A stretch of 35,598 nt of DNA from Nemertoderma westbladi. Its lineage: Eukaryota > Animalia > Xenacoelomorpha. The DNA lies in NCBI GenBank assembly GCA_032718475.1, contig JAUCBJ010005561.1:1-35598 (forward strand), given 5' to 3'. Positions 23,311 through 32,862 of this stretch are shown here, piece by piece. A model generated the notes under the pieces. The model worked only from the letters and a program-made list of their open reading frames with translations, was not told the DNA's origin and made no database searches. Each line of letters starts with the position of its first letter. Position 1 is the first letter of the stretch. The position numbers and the translations under genes are program-made.

Positions 23311-23858
23311 CTGATGAACTGAGTTTCTTATAGTTTTTAAAAAATCTCACCTTTTGGTCCTGTAATAATGCCAACAAATTTTCAACACAACACGTCGCGG
23401 CGTCAACAACTATTTTGCCATTATTGTCCCATCCCTAACATTTTTCAGTTCACTAAGGCTCCGGCAACGTCGTGGCTCACCCCACAAAGTGCGAGCTGTA
23501 TAATCTTAGCACAGTACAGCCGGCTCGCTGTATTATTTACCTGTACTGTACGAACAGTACAGGTCTATAAACATGGATAAATATAGGCCAGGTACAGTAC
23601 CATGAGATTTAGCCATAGTGCAGTAGTGCTGCAGTGCACTGACTAACTGCTTTCTGAATACGGGCAAATACGTCCCACATACGGTATAGCCTACGGTAGT
23701 CTACGGGAACTATTTAAAATACGTACACATACGGCAAAAAGACAAACCCTTGTACGAAGCTACTTTAGTATTCTAAAAAGTCTAGGGTGTGGAAGGGTCA
23801 TGTTGCTGGCCTTGCTTGCGATTTATAGTAATACAAAATCTATATTAAGCACCGCCAT

Positions 23859-24100
23859 TGTGGGGCGAGACACGAAGTCCGGCGAGCCTTGGCATACGGT
23901 TCATATAGGGCAAGTGGGGCATGTCCGTCGGTTAAATGTCCGTCCTTCCGAATGATAAATTTCTCGAGAAGGCCTCATTTTCCTGAGCTGAAGTTTTGTT
24001 TGCTTGTAGAGAATCATGAAGTCTATCTTTTACGAAATTAAAAAGTTTAAAAATTTAATTGGGGATCCGCTAAAGACCCCGAAGTAATGACATAGGCCTA
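23859..24100 (-). mobile_element. 3' end of a diverged HINE-like element
   Basis: TGTGGGGCGAGACACGAAG is the reverse complement of the family 3' end; the right boundary is approximate. Confidence 0.45.
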
Positions 24101-24225
24101 CCGGTACGGTACTGCTGTACTGTACGTAATTAACGTAAGTACGAAATTGCAAAATAACAATTTGACACCACCTAGCGGCATAATATATGATTATATATCG
24201 AATGAATACATTTATAGCATGGGGT

Positions 24226-25397
24226 ATGGGGTCCGAGCCACGAAGTTGGCAGAGCATTTGCGAACTGACTCTATCATAGGTCAATTATGGCAAATAGTTC
24301 ATTCAATAATGGTAGTGTATGTCATCATATCGTCGGTACGATTGTGACTTACTTATAATTTCGTCGGATTTAAAGCTTTCGAGTCTAAAATTAGTAGGCA
24401 TCAATAAGACCATAAGTTGAGATTTTTTAGGGACTTTCAGACACTATCAAATCAACAGTCTCTCGCTAGAGGGCTACATGTCTAGACATTAAATATCCTC
24501 ACATTTCTTTGCTTTAAAGCCGTTCTATCTGAAACTTTGCATAATTGTTCTAGACCATTAACTGTGTCATTCAAAAGTGGCTCATAACTGTGTAATGTAT
24601 ACTCATACCAATGTACATAACTGTTTTTATTATTAAATTGTTACTTTTTCGCTCGAATTTAGGAAAATCGGGAAAAAAATTCGTTATGGAAACAAAGGAA
24701 CCGCATTGCAATGATTGCATTGACTTTACTTTTTGCATTGATTGCATTGATTTTACTTTTTGCATTGATTGCATTGATTTTACTTTTTGCATTGATTGCA
24801 TTGATTTTACTTTTATTCCAGGCGAAAAATGTAAAATAAAATATTTTTGGTGGAATATCTTAAATTTTATTAAATATATTGAGAGAGCACTGACGTAGAA
24901 AAGTTTTGCACGTAATTTGAGCAAAATCCATGCACGCAAACAAAAGTTATGGTAAATTTAGTGTCTGCGCGGCGTACTCAAAAACGGAACTCAATATCCA
25001 TTATTGGTTAAGCGGCTCTCTAGTTACGTAATAAATATTCGAGAATACTAAATTATTTAACATTGAGTAAGGCAGCATCGAGAGTTGAAGAGTACAGTAA
25101 TTTGAATTGCAGTAACTATGGAAGCAATATAGTAAAATACTATAGTTCAATTTATTTTGTTCCACTATATCGCTGTACTTTTTATTAAAGAATTATGTAA
25201 CAAAAAAGTACCAATTTAAGAATAAAATTACGTATTACATGGGAAAAAAAACGTAGGACCTTTATTAACATCACTGGCGCTCGGTAAATAAAATGCCTCG
25301 AGAATAGTGAAAACAAGTTTTACTTTTTCCCATGTAATAAATAATTATATCTCATCATAACCGAGCCTCGTGCTGTGCGAAGGCCCCACGGACGTGT
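24226..25397 (-). mobile_element. HINE-like element, diverged minus-strand copy
   Basis: Both family ends are present in reverse; 24350-24580 is a diverged reverse complement of ~7690-7925. Confidence 0.7.
24705..24812. repeat. 27-bp tandem repeat, ~4 copies
   Basis: GATTGCATTGATTTTACTTTTTGCATT repeated. Confidence 0.9.
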
Positions 25398-25514
25398 TGT
25401 GTTACTAGTATTGTCGTACGTCAAGGGGCTCCTTCCTCAATAATTTTGTTTTGTTTTTATGTAAATATATTATTTCTAATTGTTAAATCAGCAGTTGGGT
25501 GCGATGCTATTTTA

Positions 25515-25900
25515 GGGGCTAACTGTAAAGCACTGCTAGTCATACATTTATCTATGATCATCTTTCTCTGAAGGTGGAATTATATATCTTGCTGGTTACA
25601 TGTATTTAGACTACATGTAACCAGCAAAAATAAATTTTCCATATTTATTTTTGTGCAAAATATACTGATATTCATTTCTCCTTTTAAAAAGAAAGTTTTC
25701 GATGCATGTGTATTGTCTTCGATTTTATACAGATGCGAATTCTGGCATTTTGCTAAGTACTAAATAATAGAATTATTTTTTAACAGCATAGATAAAAGTA
25801 TACTAGGTGTACGTAAACAAACACCAAGATGGATTTGTGTTTTGTAACATAACTTACAAGTAGAGAAGGGTAGATGGAGTAGGATCCCGCGCGAAGATCG
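25515..25900 (+). mobile_element. Decayed LINE reverse transcriptase C-terminal fragment
   Basis: Manual translation YIYL*SSFSEGG ... KKKVFDACVLSSILYRCEFW ... SILGVRKQTP, matching the LINE YLG / LYGCE.W / LGV motifs. Confidence 0.65.
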
Positions 25901-27341
25901 TGTTTGCCGTTTTGATGGAAAGTCTATAGTCCCGTTAGTAGTAGGAATTATATAGCAGTAATTATTTACATTTACATGTAAATAATAGTTATCCCTGGTG
26001 ATATATTATTCTGGAATATATAATTATACTATACTGTAGGTAGATACAAATCATCGTATATAGGGCCTACTATCAATGATAAATGTATAGATAAAGTGTC
26101 TGCTGCAGAAACATAGATAGTAAAATGCTGTAAATATGCAATATATTATTAATTATATTATATTCCGCAAAATAGGATAAATTATGGCATTACTACAGTA
26201 GGCCCTGTGTACCCCCTCTATTGATCACTAATTGTTTATGTCAATTTTTGTCTTTAAACATGATATTTTTAGTTCTAGAACAAATATTTAACCTGATTGT
26301 AAGATGGTAGCTAGTAATTTTGATTTTGTGTTAGGTAATTCTTTTTATTATCCAGTAAAAATAATAAATATCGTATTTTAATCCTCAAATAAATCAAGTC
26401 CATGCTAGCTAGTAATTATTTACTAACTAGATTTTTATACAAAAAATTGATGTCTGTAAAAACCAAGGCTAAAATATACATAAATAAAAGTTTTTTCGAA
26501 GTTCTAGAACACTCAATATACGTTCTAGAAAATTTATCAAGAAAAAAACTGACAAAAAGCATTCAAATTTATTTGTTGAAAAAAAACAACGAATATGTTG
26601 GCACGGGCGGAATTGTTCCCAAACAATTGAAATAGTAAATAAAAACACTTTAACTTAACACTATTAAAACCGGGGGGGGGGGGGGGGGGGGGGGTCAATA
26701 TGACCCCCCAACCACCCCCCCCCCCCCCCCCGTGGATTTTTTGTTATAACTCTGGAACAAACGTAGTTGGAATATTAAATTTTATGACTTTTCCTAAAAA
26801 TCTATTGCATTCCTAATAGTGAAAACCGTTTTCAAAAATATTGAAACGTTTCGAGTTATAGCGCCATTTTTCAACCCTACTTTTGGCACTTTTTTGAGAC
26901 GTTTTTTGAAAATTACATTTTGATGAAATTATGATTTTTAACATCTATATTTTTGATTTACACCTGTTTTTTGGTGTTTGCAATTAGATAAAATTCATAT
27001 AAATTTTAAACTATTTAATTTAATTAAATTTTAATTTAATTTAATTTTAAATTTAATCAAAATTTTAATTTAATTTCAAACTTTTTTTTGGCGGGTGCCA
27101 AATTTTGGTGCCAGCACATTCAATTCATTGAAAATGTGGGCAATGAAGTTATTCAGCGTAGGTGTTGCTGCATAGATTAGTGTTTCTGAAGTTATATTGT
27201 AGAAGTCACTCGTCTTTCCTTTGTTTAGTTTTTGGATATTAGCTTCTATGGTTTTTCCATCATCAGTTAATTAATTTTTCTTTTTCTTTGGCACTTCTCT
27301 TACCAAATCAGTTGGCTGATGCACTTCGTCACTATGTTGGA

Positions 27342-29559
27342 GTGGATCAGCATGCATTCTTAACATTCCTGGGAGGCTTAAATGCAAGTCTGCAACAATC
27401 ACCTACATCGCCCTGGGTCTATAGCAATAGTGTTAACGAAATTCCGTCCATCTTCAGGATTTTATCTCTAGAAATGGATTGTTTTCGGCTGGAACCCAGT
27501 TCAAGAAGCGAACTGGAAAGCTATGGACTCATAGTGTACCCAGTGGTCACAAGTCCCAGATAGACCATATCCTGTTATGTAGGAAATACAGGAGCTCTAT
27601 ACAAGACTGTAATGCATTTACACTACGACCCTTCTCCAGTGATCACCGCCTTATTGTGGCCAAGGTAAGACTTAGTCTGCGTGCTACTAGAATAACGTAA
27701 TCTGCCTTGCCGCGGCATGACTGGTCCTCTCTGTTGCAACACCAGGCAATCATCCCAGGCATGGAGATCGATCAACTTGCTTGGTGGTCGAAAAAGCCAA
27801 CCAACCACCAAGGTTAAGGCTGAATCACCAGCCGATCGCCTCAATGGATGGAAGGCCCACTTTGAAAAGCTCCTCAATAATGACAGGGTATTGCCTGATA
27901 ACTTTATAGAAGTAAAAGTGTCTGCGTCTGTACTCCAAGATATTCCCATTGGTGATATCTCCTTTGCAGAAGTGAAGGCTGTTGCAAAGAGCATTAAGAC
28001 CAATCGTGCCAGTGGAGTAGATGGTGTTCCCCCTGAGGTCTTTAAAATACCTGAGTGTTTAAAGCCCGTCATAATCCCCATCATAGTAGACATGTACCGA
28101 ACAACAAGAGTCCCACAAGAAATGAAAACAAATAAGTTGGTGCCAGTTCCCAAGAAGGGTAACCTAACACTCAATGGTTCTTTTCGTGGAATCTCATTGA
28201 TCTCGATTGCTGCAAAGCTATACAATAGAATTCTATTAAATCGCATCAGGGATCCCATTGAGAGACTGCTCCGTGGAAATCAGAATGGGTTCCGTAAAGG
28301 TCGTGGGACCATGGAGCCCATTTTGGCACTTAAAAGGATAATTGAAGAGTTATCAAAAAAGAAAGACCGGCATCTGGATGTTATCTTTGTTGACTTCTTC
28401 AAGGCCTTTGATTCAGTCTCTCGCTCACGGATGTTCAGCATACTTTCATTATATGGGATTCCTCATGAAATTATTGCAGCAATCAGATCAGTATACGATG
28501 GTTCGACAACATTTGTGTCTACTGTTGACGGTGACACAGAACCATTTGAAGTGTTATGGGGCGTCCTCCAGGGAGACACACTGGCACCATTCTTGTTCAT
28601 AATTGTTGTTGACTATGTTCTACGCATATCCTTAGATCATCATAATGATGATGGGGTGATGATAACTCCACCTACTGTCTCCAGAAGTCGAGGAAATCCT
28701 GCCAAGTACCTAACTGATCTAGACTTTGATGATGACTTAGGAGTACTCACAGAATCACTAGAGGGAGCCCAACGGCTCCTCAGCTCATTAGAACATGCTG
28801 CTTCTAGTGTTGGTCTTTTTATTAACTCCAGAAAGACCAAAATGTTGACAGTTAACTTTGAAAGTCCTCAGCAAGTCTCTGATCGGATGAGCATAAGCTC
28901 AAAAGATGGTATGCTTGAGCATGTGGATGAGTTCTGTTACCTGGGATCATGGATCCGGAAGTCAAGTGAGGACCTTCGAATACGTTAGGGAAAGGCATGG
29001 GCAGCCTTGAATAGGCTTTCCAGGATTTGGAAGTCACCGAGAATTAATCGGAAACTTAAGGTCCGATTATTTAGAGCAGCAGTAGTTCCAGTACTCCTCT
29101 ATGGGAGTCCATGCTGGGCTCTAACTGCTGAGGACACCAAATCTCTGGATGGCACATTCACAAGAATGCTACGCCGGGTTCATTGTGTCAAGTACAATGC
29201 ACACATATAACATTGGAGGTGTCTCATTGGTTCCCCCAAGCTTGACACTAGAACAAAATCGCCTCCGCTTTGCAGGACATTGCTTTCGCCGTGAGGAACA
29301 GCCATTGCTTTCGCCGTGAGGACCAGCCAGTGCATAATCTTGTACTTTGGCAGAGTCATGGAGTGAATAAGCATGGTGGACAGCCCATGACTTTCTTGAG
29401 ACGCATCTTAAAGGACACTGGCCTTGAAGATGCGGATGATCTAGCAAATGTCATGGGTGATAGGGAGTTGTGGCGGTGCAATTTTGTTGATAAGCCGGCA
29501 CAGCATTCTTAAAAATGCAGCTGCAATGCAGCATGCCGATCCTAGTATTCCTAGTAGTA
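27342..29559 (+). mobile_element. 5'-truncated RTE-like LINE
   Basis: APE endonuclease remnants (LGGLNA, QIDHIL, SDH), RT domain, TAG-repeat tail and 14-bp TSD GTCACTATGTTGGA (27328-27341, 29560-29573). Confidence 0.93.
27717..28988 (+). pseudogene. Reverse transcriptase of the RTE-like LINE (disrupted)
   Basis: QNGFR, FVDFFKAFDSV, GVLQGDTLAP, FDDD and YLG motifs; bounded by premature stops. Confidence 0.9.
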
Positions 29560-30639
29560 GTCACTATGTTGGAAATGGCTTACAGCAGTGGGGGTCTGCG
29601 TATAACAGTTTGGCATCAGAGTCTCTGAGTATGGTAAGGAGTGTTTTCCAAAATGTTTTTGGATTTGTTCGATGTGTTGTTGCTAATATCTCAATGTCAG
29701 TTGTATAAGAATGCCGACATATTAGATGTTCGATGTTAAGTAGTACTGATTAAGGCTCATTATGTTTTCGTGCATAGTTCCCATTGATTTTGTTCCTTTG
29801 TTTTGAGTATGTGTATGGTATAAAGGCAGCTGATGCTTTTTGTAGCGTCGTAATTAGTTGGTTCACATTTGTGTCCAGCGAATGAAGATTGGGATCAAAG
29901 TCATAAAGTGTGTTTGCGATTTGGCGTTGCTATGATATGAGTTGTTGCTTTGTAGCTTTAGAGTAGTCGTATTTTTTTTTGTTTGCATCGTAACGTAGAA
30001 TGTTTACACTATCATCATAGCCATCTCGAGTTAACTGGTTGAACTTTAGGGTCTGTATACGGGTTTATGAAGGTCCTGAATCCGATGGAATCAATAAAAA
30101 CAGCACTGGATATCTAAAACTTGTGCTTTTATGTGATGGCTACGAAATTTGGTGCAAGCACAAAAATTTGCCATATTGCGCCTAAACATACGTGTAGCAA
30201 ATAAGAAATGTATTGCATTAGAATCAGCAACCCATAAAGCCTAAAAATGTGAATTTAAAGCATCGTATAAGTGAATTAACAATTTTGTATTCAAACCGAA
30301 AAGTGCTGAATACTTGATTTTTTCATTTTTTTGCCAAAAATTGCAACTTTCAAATTTTATGAAAATTGTTCACTACTTATAATTTTGGTGCTGCAAAATA
30401 ACCACCCCGGTACATTTTTTCGAAATTTTTCTTTTTCAGTCGGATTCGGAATAGTGAAATCTACGTATAAACAAATAATCAGACACTTTCGTTAATATTT
30501 GATGAAGATAATATTAGAGGGAGGGTCAATATGACACCCACCACACCCCCCCCCCCGGTATTTGTACAACATTTTATAGCCCAGTACTTATAGGGTTAAA
30601 GAACACTATATATCATAATTAGAAAATATTCCTATCTAT

Positions 30640-31011
30640 AACCGGCCTGCTGCATTGTAGCTACACTTTGAGATGCTAAGATGGCTTAAGATAATTTTTT
30701 TTGTTCAGGCACCACCACGCAGTCTATTATTGTCCGAGAAATGGAGGGGGCTTTGCCCAAGTCACAAGCTTGGGGTATCCAATTGGACACAATTATCTAT
30801 AGTGTCTGGTTGGAGATGTGTCCATTGTATTTGACATAGTGAAATGAATTCTTGCAAGAATGTCGGCGTAGCAAGCAGTATTGTGAATGTGCCACCCAGA
30901 TATTTGGTATCCTCAGCAGTTAGAGCCCAGCATGGACTCCATTGGAGTACTCTGCTCTAAATAGTTTAACCTTAAGTTTCTGATGTATCTTATTTGACTT
31001 CCATATCTTGG
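30640..31011 (-). mobile_element. Older diverged 3' fragment of the same RTE-like family
   Basis: 30884-31011 is a diverged reverse complement of ~29020-29165; 30640-30670 matches the 3' UTR end. Confidence 0.75.
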
Positions 31012-31146
31012 ACTATATATATATATATATACATATATATTTAGTTAACTCTCCCAGAATATGAAATTTATGTTCTAGAACAAAAAACAAAATTGTCAAA
31101 ATGTGGGTACACAGGGCATAGTGATAACTAAATTAAATATAAACAA

Positions 31147-32862
31147 ATGGATAAAATACCAGCCGTGATTCTTAACAACAACTGCAACCGGCTATTAACT
31201 TTAAAAGAAATCAGCATTGTCAACATAACCCGGGCATTGGTTGCTGGAATAGTTAAAGCAGAAACTCTGAGATGGAAAACCCGTGAACAAAGCTTTGTGA
31301 GTTTGCGTGGAATGTCATGGATACTGCGGCGGCTCTCGACATTAAGGAACATGTTTGATTATGAACAAGACCATGATTGGGGCTATATTTATAAAGATTT
31401 GTTCGAACTTTATAGCTATAAGGTTTCGGCAGCCTACTTTCTTAAATTCGATATACGCTGGTACATTCTACACGCCTACATTATGGCATTTAAACAGTTG
31501 CAATTGAAGTTTAAGGAATTACCTTCTCTGCCATTTTTATATACACCTCGTCAGGAACCAACCTTGGCCGGCATCATGGAAACCTATGGGGATATTTATT
31601 TAAATAATTTAGGTCCCGTTGAACTCTGTCTGGACAAAGAGTTTGTTAATGAATTTTCTATAGATATCATTAATCCTCTTATAGGGTGGATTCCAAAGTT
31701 AGCAAATGTTTTGACAACATTACAGATTCCTATATGTAGGCCTGGTTCATATGATGTTAGAGTGGCGAGAGTTTTTAGCAGTGGAGTTACATTTAATCTG
31801 CTCACATTTATAAAGATAAATGGCATAAATGATGCCATTCTTGATGATATCTTTAAAAGTTGTCCCAACCTAGAAGTTCTGAATATTTCTTATACTGCCA
31901 TCACCTTCACTGCACTAAGTCATGTAACGCGACTGGGAAGCTTACGTGTACTCACTATTATGTCTTGCCCAAAGGTATCAGTCACTGATATAGTCGGATT
32001 ACAGAAATTGCTTACAAAAGTCAAAATTATTACAGATAAATCGATTGGCATTCTCCAGAATTTAATTGACAGCCAATCAAATATTGATTTCTGCTTCCGA
32101 TTTTTCAAAATAGACAATAGATTTTCTTTGCCTCCCATCATAGAATACATCAGGGATTTCCTTATTCCACATTGCCAAGATAAAATCCAGAGGCTTGTGT
32201 TGGTAGTTACAGATGATGAGGACTTCAGATTATTCGACCAACTTAAAGAGTTTCCTAATCTGTTTCAGCTGGATATATCATGGTTCATTATGGATGTTTC
32301 AAGTTATTTTGATCTTATATCACTAAGCATTCGTAAAGGTATTAGTCTACCTCAAGTCATGCATTTGAAGCTCCGTGATCTGCCCTTTCTGCCAGGCAAA
32401 TTAGAATTTCCAGAACCATTGGCTGATTTAGCACACATATTTCCAAACATCACGACGTTGCAATTAAAAACTAGTATGACTTTTATGAGCCCCTCTATAA
32501 ATAGAGTGATGTCCATCAACACTCTTGAAATACATACACATCGATACCAAAGTCTAACATCGATACTGCGATCTGTGTCATCTTTTTCTAAACTCACAAT
32601 TACCTTAAGTGATTTCTTTGATGGATGTCCCGCTCATAACAGGTTGTTGGAAGATATCAATAAAATCGTGAATTCGGGGAATTTTGATGATCTAAAGGAC
32701 TTTAGTTTGTACTGCAGGTTCTTTGGTAATGCCAATGGGATTGGTAATTGTTCGGTCTTTATGTCAGAAACACTGGCAGACTCGGTATGGAGACGTTGCA
32801 AGAAGCTTGAGCATTTCAGAGTTTCAATTAACAATTTATTTAATATAATTTATCGATTTTAA
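31147..32862 (+). CDS. Intronless 571-aa RNI-like/cysteine-containing LRR protein with a BC-box-like N-terminus
   Basis: Uninterrupted 1.7-kb ORF in AT-rich DNA. LRR units CPNLEVLNISYTAIT, LRVLTIMSCPKVS, FPNLFQLDIS, FPNITTLQL and CKKLEHFRVS; TLKEISIVNI at the N-terminus; AATAAA at ~32915. Confidence 0.85.
   Translation: MDKIPAVILNNNCNRLLTLKEISIVNITRALVAGIVKAETLRWKTREQSFVSLRGMSWILRRLSTLRNMFDYEQDHDWGYIYKDLFELYSYKVSAAYFLKFDIRWYILHAYIMAFKQLQLKFKELPSLPFLYTPRQEPTLAGIMETYGDIYLNNLGPVELCLDKEFVNEFSIDIINPLIGWIPKLANVLTTLQIPICRPGSYDVRVARVFSSGVTFNLLTFIKINGINDAILDDIFKSCPNLEVLNISYTAITFTALSHVTRLGSLRVLTIMSCPKVSVTDIVGLQKLLTKVKIITDKSIGILQNLIDSQSNIDFCFRFFKIDNRFSLPPIIEYIRDFLIPHCQDKIQRLVLVVTDDEDFRLFDQLKEFPNLFQLDISWFIMDVSSYFDLISLSIRKGISLPQVMHLKLRDLPFLPGKLEFPEPLADLAHIFPNITTLQLKTSMTFMSPSINRVMSINTLEIHTHRYQSLTSILRSVSSFSKLTITLSDFFDGCPAHNRLLEDINKIVNSGNFDDLKDFSLYCRFFGNANGIGNCSVFMSETLADSVWRRCKKLEHFRVSINNLFNIIYRF

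Larger units (their letters stand above)
20695..23486 (+). mobile_element. HINE-like element (outer) with an internal ~140-155-bp tandem array
   Basis: Same 5' and 3' end motifs as copies A/B. 21285-21870 repeats the CTCTAGCGGCA.ACTGGAGAACTG / CATATCTGCCAAGTTTCAGCTT core about four times. Confidence 0.55.
20298..23749. mobile_element. Non-autonomous Mutator-like element (MULE)
   Basis: ~115-bp TIRs starting GGGTTTGTCTTTTTGCCGTATGTGTACGTATTT; perfect 9-bp TSD TTGTACGAA (20289-20297, 23750-23758). Confidence 0.88.
27121..30050 (-). mobile_element. Old LINE fragment split by the RTE insertion (27121-27327 and 29574-~30050)
   Basis: Manual translation IEANIQKLNKGKTSDFYNITSETLIYA..IAHIFNE (start of RT); linker-like KTFWKTL and LQKASAAFIP on the other side. 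Confidence 0.55.
26659..30595. mobile_element. piggyBac-like non-autonomous element hosting nested LINEs
   Basis: TTAA|CACTATTAAAACCGGG ... CCCAGTACTTATAGGG|TTAA; subterminal palindrome GGGTCAATATGAC(C/A)C near both ends (~26692, ~30523). Confidence 0.55.

Noticed and set aside
24571-24939. ORFs with QSMQKVKSM / CIDCIDFTF repeats
   Set aside because: Artefacts of a 27-bp tandem repeat.
27623-28258. 211-aa minus-strand ORF
   Set aside because: Antisense shadow of the LINE reverse transcriptase.
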